64,000 bases of DNA, taken from a virus. Below are positions 49,501-60,063 of the stretch, one piece after another. The DNA is taken from IMG/VR virus record IMGVR_UViG_3300044961_000667; one strand, given 5' to 3'. Both the position numbers and the translations under genes were made by a program. Position 1 is the stretch's first letter; each line of letters opens with the position of its first letter. The notes under the pieces were generated by a model, which did no database searches, was not told the origin of the DNA, and worked only from the letters and a program-made list of their open reading frames with translations.

Positions 49501-52500
49501 CGTGAAGAGCCCGCCGCCCTTCGTGTACGAGAGCGTCCCCGCCGTCGCGCTGGCCGAGAACGGCTTGCCGTTGAGCAGCCTCAGGTCGACCGACGTCGAG
49601 CTGTTGAAGACGCCGATGCGGTAGATGCCGATGGAAGCGCCCGACTCGATCCGCAGCAGCTTGCCCACGTCAGCAGCGGCGAAGCCCGAGCCCGTGAAGG
49701 TCGCAGACCCAGACGTCGTCGCTCCATCCGTCGGAACGTTGTTGCCCTTGAGGGGCATGGACTCCCGCGAGTGCTCCAAGGGCACCCACTTCGCACCATC
49801 CCACTGGTAGTGCACTTCGATGGGGGCAATCAGGTACCGCGCGCCACTGCCCACCGCCGACGGATGGACGTAGAAGTACCGACCCCAGGGGTCGAAGTGG
49901 AACGCGACCGCCTCGTTGCTGTTGTTGGGGTTGATCTCTCCCTTGTACGCCCAGGACTGCGTCGCCTGAGAGAAGTACCCGACGTTGCCCACCGAGTTCG
50001 TGTTGGGCCTGAGGTACACCATCATCTTCCCGTCCGGGTGCTCGTAGAACGCTCGAACGTACCGCGTGTTGCCCGAGCTGCCGGCGTACGCGCCATCTGG
50101 CCGCGGGGCGACCTTGTCGGACACGTAGAACGTGCCCGCGTAGTTCGACTGCGCTGAACCGGAAGCGTTGGTGAAGGTCACCGACGACGAACTATTGAAA
50201 GCCGTGATCGGGAATGCCCCGTTGTTCGCCGCCGTCGACGCGCCGGTGATGACGATCCACCGCCCCACGTCGGCAGCCGTGAAAGGCGTACCCGTGGCGT
50301 TGATCGTCATGTTCGGCGTCGAGAACGACAGACCCGTCGTGCCGTTGCCGGTGCCCGTCGTCAACGGCACTCCAGCGAAGTACGTCGTGTTGTCAGGGCC
50401 GAAGTGACGCTTGACGGCCGCCGCGGCGAAGTTGCTCCTCGGGATCTGGAAGATGCCGTTGTCGGAGCCGACCCAGACGTCATCGAACTTGCTGTTGACG
50501 TGGATCGCAGAGAACACGCCCGGCGTGCCAGGGTTGGTCGCCGGATTCGCACCGCCCTGCACAACACCGCCAGCCGGCGACAGCAGCGACGTGTTCGAGA
50601 TCGAGATGAACGCGTGCGTATTGGCCACGACGTCGTACTTGTTGATCTGCTGCTGCGTGTCGTTCGACAGCCAGTAGACGTCTCCCGTGCCCTGATCGAC
50701 GCTGCACATCTGCGGCTGCCCGTACAGCAGCCCCGTGCCACCAGGAACTCGCGTGTTGATGTTCGCGCCATTCGTCATCGTCACGGTGCGCGTCAAGAAC
50801 GTCCCCGGAGCGAGGGACTCCATGTAGTTGATCTTCCCGGCACCCGTCGTGTTGTTGTTGAAGAACAGGTACAGGCGATCACCGATCTCGAATGTGCCGC
50901 CACTCTGGGTGGTGAACGTCACCGCCCCACCAACGAGCGTCTGGACCTCGACCGAGGTCGCGCTATTGATCGCGCTGATCTTGTACGTGCCCGAATCCGC
51001 GCCAAGCCCCGTGAGCTTGATGACGCGCCCGATGTCGGCGGCCGTGAAGCCTCCCGACGCCGACGTCACATTGTCGGCACCATCGGTCGAAGCGTCGGCA
51101 GCAGTCCCGAGCCGAGTCCTCGTCTTGTCGATGACGCAACCCGCGAGCACCGAGGAAGGAACGCCGTCGCCGAGGCCATACTGCAACGTCGTCAAGTCCG
51201 GCTTGATGACGATGATGCCGGCGTTGCCTCCGCTCGCGTGGAACATCGCGACGTAGACCCAGTTCTTCCCAGAGCCGAAGTTACTGCCGATCTGCATCGA
51301 CGTGACGACGTCGCCAGCACCCATCACTGGGGTGGGCGTCAGCATCTGCTGAGGGGCATTGCCGAGGTAGTTCGCCACCTCGCGAATGCCCTCGCTCGTC
51401 TTGTACCGCCAGTGGAACAGCGCCGACGTGTTCGAGATGGTGGTGCCGCTGAACCACATCCGCTGGTTGTCCCAGTCCAGAACGAGTCCGTTGCAACCGC
51501 CAGAGAAGTTCGACAACCACGGGATGGTTTCGCTCCCGTTCGCCCCGAACAAGCAGTCGGAGAGAATGAACCCGTCGTCCTGGATGGCCGAACCGAGAGC
51601 GCCATACCCGTGCGTGAACGGACGCAGCGTCATCGAGTAACTGCCCTGCTGCTCGGTCCCCACAGCAGCTTCAGTGGAGCCAGTCTTCTCCACGACGAAG
51701 CGCATGATGAAGGACTCCCGCAACGCCTTGTCACCGTAGTACGGCGCGGCCGGGTTCCGCGGATTGTACCGGCCGGCGGTGTCAACAGTACCGACACTGA
51801 GCGGGATGATGCCGACCTCGTTGAACCAGGCTCGACGACCAGGAGCCGCAGTCATCAGCAGGCCACTCGCCGTGTCCTGTGCGTAGAATGGAGTGCCGTC
51901 CAGGTTTCGCAGCCACAGCCTGTTGGTCTGCAAGTCGTTGTTCTGAACGAAATAGTACCCGGCGTCAGCACCCGTTTCGATGCGGACAATCGAGAAGACA
52001 TGCTGCGACGTCGACCCAAAATCCCAGAACTGACCATTCGTGTACGTGACGTAGCTCAACCCAGCAGTCGTGGCGACCGTGTTCCCCTGTTGATGCGCAG
52101 GGTGAAAATACACAATACCGATCTGCGTATAGTCGAGCGGCACGTCCACCTGCGAAACGAGCTGATCTCCACCACCAAATCTCGACGCGATAACTCCCGG
52201 ATAGGCGCTCCCGGCACCAAGCCCACCAACGACTCGCGGGATGTTGGCTGCAGGCACGTTCCCGACCGTCCCGGTAACCCTGAACTGCGCGTACTGCACC
52301 GTCGACATGGTCGTCGTGCTTCCGGTCGGAGAGTCAGGGTAGTTCGTCACACCTCGAACGAACGTGTCGTGACCGATGCTCTGATCATCGTCCGCCAACA
52401 GGTAGACCATCTTGAAGGGCAGAGCCAACACATGCGGGGCGGTGCCCGCGTAGTTGTTGTTCCACTGATAGATGGTGCGGTACCTCGACGCGTACAGGTA

Positions 52501-52581
52501 CGACAAGTTCGAGCCCTGGTGCTCGACGCGACCCTCATTGTCGTGGAGGGTCAGCAGACCGACGATGTCCTTGAGTCCCAT
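46528..52581 (-). CDS. 2017-aa virion fibre/baseplate-type protein with 8 internal repeats
   Basis: T/G/S/A-rich; repeats F..xDxG(K/R)...G...G.Y.I....S.T.V. Confidence 0.85.
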   Translation of the reverse strand: MGLKDIVGLLTLHDNEGRVEHQGSNLSYLYASRYRTIYQWNNNYAGTAPHVLALPFKMVYLLADDDQSIGHDTFVRGVTNYPDSPTGSTTTMSTVQYAQFRVTGTVGNVPAANIPRVVGGLGAGSAYPGVIASRFGGGDQLVSQVDVPLDYTQIGIVYFHPAHQQGNTVATTAGLSYVTYTNGQFWDFGSTSQHVFSIVRIETGADAGYYFVQNNDLQTNRLWLRNLDGTPFYAQDTASGLLMTAAPGRRAWFNEVGIIPLSVGTVDTAGRYNPRNPAAPYYGDKALRESFIMRFVVEKTGSTEAAVGTEQQGSYSMTLRPFTHGYGALGSAIQDDGFILSDCLFGANGSETIPWLSNFSGGCNGLVLDWDNQRMWFSGTTISNTSALFHWRYKTSEGIREVANYLGNAPQQMLTPTPVMGAGDVVTSMQIGSNFGSGKNWVYVAMFHASGGNAGIIVIKPDLTTLQYGLGDGVPSSVLAGCVIDKTRTRLGTAADASTDGADNVTSASGGFTAADIGRVIKLTGLGADSGTYKISAINSATSVEVQTLVGGAVTFTTQSGGTFEIGDRLYLFFNNNTTGAGKINYMESLAPGTFLTRTVTMTNGANINTRVPGGTGLLYGQPQMCSVDQGTGDVYWLSNDTQQQINKYDVVANTHAFISISNTSLLSPAGGVVQGGANPATNPGTPGVFSAIHVNSKFDDVWVGSDNGIFQIPRSNFAAAAVKRHFGPDNTTYFAGVPLTTGTGNGTTGLSFSTPNMTINATGTPFTAADVGRWIVITGASTAANNGAFPITAFNSSSSVTFTNASGSAQSNYAGTFYVSDKVAPRPDGAYAGSSGNTRYVRAFYEHPDGKMMVYLRPNTNSVGNVGYFSQATQSWAYKGEINPNNSNEAVAFHFDPWGRYFYVHPSAVGSGARYLIAPIEVHYQWDGAKWVPLEHSRESMPLKGNNVPTDGATTSGSATFTGSGFAAADVGKLLRIESGASIGIYRIGVFNSSTSVDLRLLNGKPFSASATAGTLSYTKGGGLFTRPIHSTHQDTMFGVKVRWNRQGGATPPNNEFLGRGGQSRVTATDGSTTSASSTFGGSSFVSGDVGKLLRIESGADADVYKITAFISAASVTLTRMNGRPFSASATAGTLTYSVWDLGTPGSNAGPENITVMLADGLGKDNTQDLSGATYEMFGFKTRFSENFEDKKFVVENPLAVPGSTETKVYYETYARASPQYDAALSHHRALPGAETTNGRQLCDWIQDKYLNNAGGRADMYSSPSADTDWHGRDANSSVMGASVMVDLGKDTEVGFVQIRFKSNTGSGYSFQGLTATFHGLVANLYSAPNSGGTPVASSVVRTSGTANINASGANVTTLTLSSGDFLGAVTTGPNTDGAITAGGNTLVAAASTFVTGDRGKVLKLTAGAGADNGSYRIIAVSLDGSTVTVRNLDQTAKAWGGSASGITYEVRDGVQDEDMIAIPSLGAPTHRLCVDRLLSATSAQVRTGPNATVTNQNYQAVVPTWSLVKRLSFSTEALPPDVKNNGTFFTLNGRNQYDNNDALMYFDLTDLSVAQRTGRWWKWTGIPRFNGDTGQDAAFWWSSFEFYSPSGAKLASSRYTSTDQAQTNADFYFSWLNRVDFLQAANNAMSGVAGFNGNVDLGGASGDTLTLTTGGNKFLGHQVRVPYTDGTTTSPNALNSASAAWVTADVGRFVRFTSGTYSGNFYRIASRVSATQVTLVTPSGGAPALATDAGPMNFTVHEGINAGGTAPDRFAIRRLGAAGDAVTTVGTNQLNSASAAFTDADLGKVVKVTGATADNGGYIIKTVNSSTQVTVSSQLGAAVSFAGGTGGTLEFDSDLREYTIATINDALTTITISENLQPAVTNRPWEIRRPGYDTTSTTTEGSKSARITRPMSTYPLQSGDICQDSRGHYRFFPEDIGSGYARADGSMAGSNGNFVGSGFCSDDVGRLLYVDSGVNKGIYEISVFTSATAITVKNHYTGAAVSFTADAGPVSYRVFGDRRFRLAKYCTGLRA

Positions 52582-52596
52582 TTGAATTCTCGCCCT

Positions 52597-53205
52597 TCAG
52601 TAGACCGGGTTCATGCTGAGCTTGTACACGACCTCCAACGTCTGAGTCGTGGTCTGCGTCTTGGGCGGCGTCAGGAGCGAGTACGACCAAATGTAAACTG
52701 GCCCGAAGTTCACGTCCGTCGACGTGCCAGTGAAGTAGCTCGTCCAGATGATGCCCAACGTGCGGTTGGATGCTGGCGCCCCGAACGTCGTCGAATACTG
52801 CTTGGTGTATGTACTCGGCGTGATGACGGGCGTCAGGAGGGACGACAGGAAGGACTGGTTTCCATTCGTCGGGATTGCAGACCTGAAAATGCTCGGAGTC
52901 TCCTGGCTCGGAGCAAAGCCAAGCCTCAGGTTCTGAAGTCCGTTGTCGAACCACGCGCTTCGAGCGATGTCGGTCAGCAGGTTCTCCTGCTTCGTCTGCC
53001 ACTCCACTTCGCCTGATCGAACGTCTCGGGCCGTCAGCTCGAACTCGCCCTTCACCTCGAACCCACTGGCCAACACCATCTTGCGATGGGCACTGGGGAT
53101 CGGACTCCCGAGGTGACTCGGCATTCGCCCCTGCGCACGCGCCCGGAGGAACGCGTCGACTTCGGCGGGGCCCATCTCCTGCGCGATGTAGGACTTGTTG
53201 CTCAT
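52597..53205 (-). CDS. Virion structural protein
   Basis: KGEF.L...G...W...ENLLTD; P.T.TTTQTLEVVYKL. Confidence 0.7.
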   Translation of the reverse strand: MSNKSYIAQEMGPAEVDAFLRARAQGRMPSHLGSPIPSAHRKMVLASGFEVKGEFELTARDVRSGEVEWQTKQENLLTDIARSAWFDNGLQNLRLGFAPSQETPSIFRSAIPTNGNQSFLSSLLTPVITPSTYTKQYSTTFGAPASNRTLGIIWTSYFTGTSTDVNFGPVYIWSYSLLTPPKTQTTTQTLEVVYKLSMNPVY

Positions 53206-54986
53206 TCCGTCTGAACCACCTTTCCAGAGTCGACTGGACGATTCGTCGTTCCGTTGGTCACCGACCCGGATTGAGCGCCGCCCGAACCCAGGTTGTTCAT
53301 ATCCGGGTCCTGGGTCGACATCTTCACGGGTGCTCGGTTCACGTACGAGAAGTCCTCCAACAACACCTCTCGCATGCCTCCGCCCCAACCCAGGCTGGCG
53401 CCTTCCCGGTCGAATCCATCACCATCGTTACCGAACTGCAAAATCGTCCCGCCGGGCGTGTCTCTGACGAGACCAAACCTGTCGTACAGCACCTCCGACA
53501 AGACTCCCGTCCTCATCCCGGTTCGACTCAGCGCTTCGGCAAAGTACCCTCGCCCCGAGACCCTGGTGGCGATGGGCACGAAGAATCGGCTGTCGGAGAT
53601 GGGCGTGGGCGCCGCCATCGCGACGACGGCTCCGCCATCGTTGTAGTACGCCAGGTACCCGCCCTCCTCGGAGTCGACAGGTCCGATGACGAAACCGAAG
53701 CCGAGCGTCGGATGCTTCAGAAAGGCCAGCTGCGGGGTGTTCGGCGTCCCCTGGACCACCACCGGCTCCATCCCGCTTCCACCCCACCCAAGGTTGACGA
53801 TCGTCGGCTCGGTGAGGTTCAGCTTCACGGTGCCGAACGTCGTCTGAGTGAAGTCGCTGATCAGCGGCTCGCGCTGTCCACCACCCGACCCAAGCCTCGC
53901 TCCGTCGACGTTGTCGACAGACTTGATGATGGTGCCCGTGTCCGCGGTGTACGGCATGTTGATCGTCGCCGGGTCGTCGGTCGAGTTCGCCGTCAGCTTG
54001 TAGATGCGGTTGCCGGAAACGAAGAACACGTAGAGCGTGTCGGTGGCAGCGTCGTAGAGCAGCTCCGGCTGGCCCGTGAGAGACGAGTTGCCGCCACCGA
54101 CCGTCGTGAGTCGCGTCTCGGAGCCAAACTGCCCAAATGGCGACTCCTTCACCGCGTACAAGTCCTTGTCGCGCTCGAACACCCACCACCGCACGCCGGC
54201 ACCCATCTCGGACGTCGAGACCGCCAAGACGGTGTTCGACGCACTGAGCTTCGTCGTCGTGCTTCGGAGCGCAGCGCGGAAGTACGCGTCGATGAGGTAC
54301 GCGTGGTAGGGCCTCGCCACGTCGTGGACCGAGATCTCGTCCAGGAGGCCATCCCAGAACGCCGAGTTCGCTTCCTTCTGGGACCGCCCCACAGAGAACA
54401 CGGCCGATGCGTTGGCCGCCGGCCCCGGAACAGGGAATGCCGTCGGGCTGCCATTCAACGTGATGACAGCAGGCGCCTTCTGCACGTTGTCGACGAAGAT
54501 CTCGACATCGAAGCCTCCGCCATTCACCACCCGCCGAACCTGTACGAAGTACGTCTGCCCGGTTCGGATGGTGCCGGCGGCAGTCTGAACGACAACCTCT
54601 CCTCCGGCCGCCGTGTGGCGGTACTGCAGCGCACCGCTCAGCGTCACGTTCAGCGCGTAGAGCGAGTTGTCGCCCGTCGTCGGACCACCACACGAGACGA
54701 TGCACCTCAGCTGCGAGCCGGCGCCGTTGTACGTGTTCAACCGCACCCAGCCCATGAGCGTCAGCGAGCCCGTCAACCGCAGAAGCGCTGACGTCACGCT
54801 GGCAAACGACGTCGACCCATCGAAACGCCTGGCATTGCCGACTCGCCCCGGCAGCGCCCCGTTCGAGTTGGTGACAGCCAGGTTGAGACCGTTGGCGGTC
54901 GAGTCGACAGCGGGATCGGTCTCCAGAGCTTCATCGAAGCCCCAGTACCCAACGACATTCGAGTCGAGCGTGAGCCTCTGGCCCAT
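53202..54986 (-). CDS. LamG/ConA-like domain virion protein
   Basis: VVGYWGFDE...ARRFDG...FWDGLLDEISVHD. Confidence 0.8.
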   Translation of the reverse strand: MGQRLTLDSNVVGYWGFDEALETDPAVDSTANGLNLAVTNSNGALPGRVGNARRFDGSTSFASVTSALLRLTGSLTLMGWVRLNTYNGAGSQLRCIVSCGGPTTGDNSLYALNVTLSGALQYRHTAAGGEVVVQTAAGTIRTGQTYFVQVRRVVNGGGFDVEIFVDNVQKAPAVITLNGSPTAFPVPGPAANASAVFSVGRSQKEANSAFWDGLLDEISVHDVARPYHAYLIDAYFRAALRSTTTKLSASNTVLAVSTSEMGAGVRWWVFERDKDLYAVKESPFGQFGSETRLTTVGGGNSSLTGQPELLYDAATDTLYVFFVSGNRIYKLTANSTDDPATINMPYTADTGTIIKSVDNVDGARLGSGGGQREPLISDFTQTTFGTVKLNLTEPTIVNLGWGGSGMEPVVVQGTPNTPQLAFLKHPTLGFGFVIGPVDSEEGGYLAYYNDGGAVVAMAAPTPISDSRFFVPIATRVSGRGYFAEALSRTGMRTGVLSEVLYDRFGLVRDTPGGTILQFGNDGDGFDREGASLGWGGGMREVLLEDFSYVNRAPVKMSTQDPDMNNLGSGGAQSGSVTNGTTNRPVDSGKVVQTE

Positions 54987-55466
54987 TTACGCCCCCGCGA
55001 GGAGGTACGGACCATTCGTGTCGAGGAAGTTCGGCTCGAACTGGGGGTTCAGGTGGTCCTGGTGGAACACCGTCTTCTCGCGCTTCTGAATGCGCAGCTC
55101 GACCCGGTACTTCTTCTGCCACCCCGCCGCTCCAGCGCCACCCACCACGCAGAAGGACAGATGCTGCTCAGCTGGAACCCAGAAGCAGTTCGGGACGAAC
55201 TCTTTGCCAGGAGAGAGCTGGAACGGCATGCAGGCTTCAGGGTTGGCCGGCGCGACCGCCATGGCGTTCGGGTCGGTGCCAATCTCCAGTCCCACCGAGG
55301 CAACCTCAGCATCGGCCTCCTTCGTCAGCCGCAGGAAGGTGCCTCCACCGCAGTTCAGAATCAGGTCGTCAGCCGAGATGGTGCGTTCGACGGACATCCC
55401 CGACGCGATGAGCATGCTCCGCAGATCGGAGAAGAACAGGGCGACGCTCTGGTAGCTCGACTGCAT
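54987..55466 (-). CDS. Hypothetical protein in the structural module
   Basis: GGAGG RBS; abuts next gene. Confidence 0.7.
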   Translation of the reverse strand: MQSSYQSVALFFSDLRSMLIASGMSVERTISADDLILNCGGGTFLRLTKEADAEVASVGLEIGTDPNAMAVAPANPEACMPFQLSPGKEFVPNCFWVPAEQHLSFCVVGGAGAAGWQKKYRVELRIQKREKTVFHQDHLNPQFEPNFLDTNGPYLLAGA

Positions 55467-55513
55467 CGGGTTCCTCCGCCAAGGGCTGTTTACCCCAGGA
55501 GTCTCAGGCCAAC

Positions 55514-55540
55514 AAGAAAAGCCCCAGAGGCTCCGGGGCT
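55514..55540 (-). terminator. Intrinsic terminator
   Basis: AGCCCCGGAG-C-CTCTGGGGCT followed by TTTCTT. Confidence 0.8.
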
Positions 55541-55563
55541 GTCGACCAGTCTACACCAGAAGC

Positions 55564-55950
55564 TCAGACAGAGATGGTGACAGTCGGCTCGACGGAGAAG
55601 TGACTGCGCTCGACGATGACGTGCACGTCGGCCCCCATCATCATCTTGATGTCGTAGACGTAGTCCTGCGGGAAGAGGTTCTGGGTGTCTCCGGGGTCGA
55701 TCCTCACCTCGAACTTGCCGGGAGTCGTCGCGTCGCCGTTCTGGGTGATCACGATGCCGAGACCGCCCGTCTTCTTGAAGAAGACCTGATCGACATCCGC
55801 ATCCGCCTCGACACGCTTCACCCGCATCGTGATGGTCGCGTTCTGAATGCTGATGCCGATGTCGACCTCGATCTCCACGACCAGGCTCGTGCCCTGGTAC
55901 ACGGACAGGTCGAACGTCTGAGGCATGGCTGGCGGTCTTTTGGTCGGCAT
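55564..55950 (-). CDS. BppU-like Ig-fold baseplate protein
   Basis: DLSVYQGTS...G.FEVRIDPGDT..L...YVYDI. Confidence 0.65.
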   Translation of the reverse strand: MPTKRPPAMPQTFDLSVYQGTSLVVEIEVDIGISIQNATITMRVKRVEADADVDQVFFKKTGGLGIVITQNGDATTPGKFEVRIDPGDTQNLFPQDYVYDIKMMMGADVHVIVERSHFSVEPTVTISV

Positions 55951-56112
55951 CTCAGCCCTCTCCTCAGCGCTTCAGCTTCACCTTCAACTGCACCTTCATC
56001 GTCACCTTCACCCGCTTCGGTCCGCGCTTGATGCGAACCTTCACCTTCTGCGGCTCGAAACGCACAACCCTGGTCCCACCAGATGCACCCAAGCCCTTGG
56101 TGATCAGCAGAC

Positions 56113-57607
56113 TCACGGCGCCTGCGTCCTCTCGAACACCTCTTCGACGTTCGGAGCCCCGTTACGGTCGAACAGGTTGAACTTCAACAGCGGAGTCACC
56201 TGATCGTCGTCGTACATGATCATCTGCAGCGTGTTCTTGTCGAGCTTCCAGCGGTTCGTCTCGATCTTCCGAAGCAGCGACACGTCGGACACGAGCGAGT
56301 TCAAGGTCGGCTGGACGACAAGATCTTCGCCCATCATCCCAACAACCCCGTTGCCGTCGGTGAGCTTGTACTCGACGACGTACGCACCCGCGGGAAGCGT
56401 CGGCCCCGACCACACGTAACGCCAGACGTTGGTCACCCCCACCTGGACCAACGACGTGCTCGGCAAGTCCACCGTCTCGGTCACGCCCGCAAGGTGGTAG
56501 ACGCGGACCAGTCCGCTCACCACGTCGAGCTTGGCGGCACCACCAAGGCCGAGCGCCACCGCTTCGAGCACCACTTGAGCTGGGTTCGTCGAGACGATGA
56601 GCACGCGAGGCAGCCCTCCGTCCCCACTCTACGCCCATCAGGCCGAACGCCCAAGCGACTCGGACCCAATGGGCGCAGCTGGTCGCTTAGCCGGCGACGC
56701 CGATCTCGCCTTCGCCCTGGATCGACAGCGACGTGGCCGCGGACGCGCCACCGACCAGGAACTGCGTCGAGTCGATGCGCATCATGCCGTACCAGTCGTA
56801 CGCGCTGTTGGCGGCAACCGAGAGCGCCTGACCAACGACTTCGGTGCCAGCGGCGTTCGCGCCGCTCGCACCGAGCCACAACGAGAACGTCACGGCGCCC
56901 GCCGTCTTGTTCACGATGCGGATGTGCCGGAGGATGATGTACATCGGCGACGATCCACCGTTCACGCCGCCAGTGGCCGTCGGCGGGTTGAGGATGTTGG
57001 TCGTCAGCGTGTTGCTCATCGCGACCGGGCCGAAGTTGAAGATCTTGTTGGCTGCCATGGTTCAAAGCTCCTGCGTGTTCGAGATGGACTTGGAACTTAC
57101 CCTGCGATGTCGCTCAGGGTGAGAATGTCTCGCGCGTTGTGCACCGCGGGAGCGCCCAACGAGTCGAGCCGCGCCAGGATGGCCGCGTTGATCTTCGCCT
57201 TCTGCTGCGTCTCGGAGTCGGTGTTCGCCACCACCACTTCGATCGACTCCTGGGCCGTTCCTTGCGCCAGCCCCCAGTAGTCGACCAGCAGCACGATCAC
57301 GCTCTGGTTCGTCGGGTCAGCCGGGTTGGGGAAACGGTCGGTGATCTCGTTCACGTACGCAGTCGCCATGGCTTCCTCAGTCAAACAGATCGGACGGTAC
57401 AACTCCATCGACAGGACGCTCGATCCACCCCGTCATCGAGCCGTCGTCAAGCAGCCAATGCGTCGCCGACAGCTGTTGCACACCCTCGGCGAAGAACACC
57501 GACATGAGCGGCTCTGGCCCGCCACGAATCACGACCGCAGGGAACGGGCCCTGCTTGTCATCCCACATCATGAACCACACCATCTGTCCAACCGTCGTCG
57601 TCGGCAT
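56113..57607 (-). CDS. Four small structural-module genes (56113-56604, 56687-57058, 57097-57369, 57377-57607)
   Basis: Tightly packed ORFs, mostly beta-rich composition. Confidence 0.65.
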
Positions 57608-60063
57608 CAGTAGTCCGTCTCAATATAGAGCCCGAAGAGCGTGTACCCCACAACCGACGACGTACCACCAACCGAGGTGTACCCGTAGAAGTTGAGCGCC
57701 GTGGTGTTGCTCGGAATGTCCGTGTTGACCGAACCCGTAGCCACGGCCCCCGACGTGAGGTTCGTCACCTCGTAGTTGATGGTCGTCGTGTTGGGCGAGC
57801 AGAACATCGCCAGCTCGTACACCGCGGCGCGGTCCGTAGTGGGCACCGCGAACGAATCACCCAGGTCAACCTTGGACGCCGTGCCGGTGCCGTCGTTGTA
57901 CATAAACTGGATGTTCGTATCGGCCGCATCCCACCCCATGCCCAGAATGTTCGTCAACGACGACGGCTGCACATCCGTAGGCGCCGCCGTGGAAGCACGG
58001 AATCCAGTGAATGCACGATGCGTCGCAGTCGCCACTCCCGTCGCAGCGCCCCACCGACACACATAATGGAAGCCACCAAGGCCCGCCGCGTTACCCGTCC
58101 ACCACTGCTGTGCAGCGCCTCGAAAGCCAGCGACAGCAGTCGTTGCCGCAGTCGTGACGAGGTAGTCGATTCGGCGCATCGACTGATACAGATCGGTCGA
58201 CGCCCAGTTGGCAGCCGTAGCCGTGCCGGTGGCCGTCACCGCAGCACCAAAGGCCGAAACCGTCGTGCTATTGCCATTCGGCCGCACGATGGCGATCGCG
58301 TTCCGTCCGAAGTGCGGCTGAAGGGACGTGCCAAGTCCCGACGGACCCAACTGCGCCGTCATCATCCGGCCGCCGAACTTCCTCGCGAAGACGGTCAGCT
58401 TGTCAGTGGCCGGCGTAGTCGGAGAGGCATCAAGCGACAGCACAGGCGAGCCGCTGGCGGCCACTTCCATCTTCGATGCGCCAGCGAGTGCGCCAGCGTT
58501 GTTGTACTGCACCTGGCCCGTCGAGCCACCAGCGCTTGCCGTGCCGGCTGCTCCAGCAGGACCAGGCGGGCCCATCTCGCCGTCCAACCCGTCCTCGGCG
58601 ACGAGGAAAATGGCCGGACCAACCGGACCAGTCGCTCCCGTCGGACCAGTAGCTCCAGGCGCCCCCGGAGGGCCAGGCTCACCGTCGATGCCGTCTTCGG
58701 CAGTCAGGTAGACGGCGGGCCCGACTGGACCCTGGGCGCCCGTTCCTGCTGGCCCCGTCGGCCCCTGTGGCCCTTGCGGCCCCTGCGGCAACACCCCGAG
58801 GTCGATGTACGACGCCGGGTCGTCGAACAGCATGTGTGAGCCGGCCGGCGGTCCAGAGCCGATCGCAACATCGGCCACAAAAGCCAACGACGTCACCCCC
58901 ACCACGATGGTGCCCTGCGTGTTGAGCCGCCACCGCGTGTGCGCGTTCGATGTGCCTGCGCTCACCGCAACCAGAATCTCCGGAACCACCGACTCCGAAG
59001 TCCAGTCGGCCGCGTAGCTCCAAGCCCCACTGGCGACTACGTAGATGCCGTTGGCAGAGCCCGTCGTCTGATTCTTCAACAACACTCGGTCGCCGGCCGC
59101 CAGCGCCACACCATCGATGGTGAGCAATCCCGACAACGTACCAACGTTGACGGTCGACGCGGCACGCACGGGGCGAACCATGCCAGTCTGCGCCGACGCA
59201 GAACCAGGCAGCGAGTTGAACGCCTGGGCCGCGGTGGTGAACGGGTTCGTCGCAACGTACGAATACCCCTTCGTCGCCATGACATCGTCGAGGTCGCCCT
59301 TCGACGTCACTGGGGCCGTGATGTCGACGTACGGCCCCTGGGCAAACGAATCGAGCACCAACGAGCCAGGGACCAGCAACGACAACGCCCCCAGCGACGG
59401 GTCCGCCTGCCTGTAGCGGAAAGTCGGAGTCGCCCCGTTGACAGGCACACTGGGGCCAGCCTCCACTGTCCACGTTCCAGCACCACCAGGATTTGTGAGG
59501 TTTCGCCCGTTGCCAGAGCCGTCACTCAGCATCGAGCCCAGCGACTGCAACGAATAGTACGACCAGAGATTCGTCGTACTAACCGGATCGAGCTGCGTAC
59601 GCTCCACATCCAGTTCTTCGAGCGTCAGAGCCCGAGACCACGTCTTGATGCCGGCGGCGTGTCCATCGTTGCCGATGTAGCCGATGCCGAAGAGCGTGCT
59701 CGTGAAGTTGGCAACGTTGGTGCCGGCATTCACCTGCGTAAGGCCAGCCGTCCCATCCTGCATCCAGGCAACAAAGTCCGACGTCCCGTTTCTCACGTAC
59801 GCAACGAACCACCACGAAGCCGTGGAGAACGTCGGCGTACTCAGATCGACGATGGCAGCACCACCACTGAAGATGACGGGGTTCAACACCTCCAACCCGA
59901 GAGACACCGCCGTCCCGGGGCTGTCCAGCAACCAGAACTGCGAGTAGTTGTTGTACGTCACCCAGTAGTACCAGCCAGCAATCGTGTAGCTCGCGTTGGC
60001 CGGCACAGGCGAGGCGCTCGTGATGCCATCCGCATTGCTGTTGAAGCGAATCGAGTTGGTCAC
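57607..60063 (-). CDS. Tail fibre-like protein: LamG domain, fibre module, collagen repeats, C-terminal domain
   Basis: GDRVLLKNQT...NGIYV; G-P-X repeats. Confidence 0.8.
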   Translation of the reverse strand: MTNSIRFNSNADGITSASPVPANASYTIAGWYYWVTYNNYSQFWLLDSPGTAVSLGLEVLNPVIFSGGAAIVDLSTPTFSTASWWFVAYVRNGTSDFVAWMQDGTAGLTQVNAGTNVANFTSTLFGIGYIGNDGHAAGIKTWSRALTLEELDVERTQLDPVSTTNLWSYYSLQSLGSMLSDGSGNGRNLTNPGGAGTWTVEAGPSVPVNGATPTFRYRQADPSLGALSLLVPGSLVLDSFAQGPYVDITAPVTSKGDLDDVMATKGYSYVATNPFTTAAQAFNSLPGSASAQTGMVRPVRAASTVNVGTLSGLLTIDGVALAAGDRVLLKNQTTGSANGIYVVASGAWSYAADWTSESVVPEILVAVSAGTSNAHTRWRLNTQGTIVVGVTSLAFVADVAIGSGPPAGSHMLFDDPASYIDLGVLPQGPQGPQGPTGPAGTGAQGPVGPAVYLTAEDGIDGEPGPPGAPGATGPTGATGPVGPAIFLVAEDGLDGEMGPPGPAGAAGTASAGGSTGQVQYNNAGALAGASKMEVAASGSPVLSLDASPTTPATDKLTVFARKFGGRMMTAQLGPSGLGTSLQPHFGRNAIAIVRPNGNSTTVSAFGAAVTATGTATAANWASTDLYQSMRRIDYLVTTAATTAVAGFRGAAQQWWTGNAAGLGGFHYVCRWGAATGVATATHRAFTGFRASTAAPTDVQPSSLTNILGMGWDAADTNIQFMYNDGTGTASKVDLGDSFAVPTTDRAAVYELAMFCSPNTTTINYEVTNLTSGAVATGSVNTDIPSNTTALNFYGYTSVGGTSSVVGYTLFGLYIETDY

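Noticed and set aside
46639..53016. Very long plus-strand ORFs (1172 aa, 870 aa and many similar ones across the window)
   Set aside because: Antisense shadows of GC-rich minus-strand genes; Arg/His/Val-rich composition, no RBS or motifs
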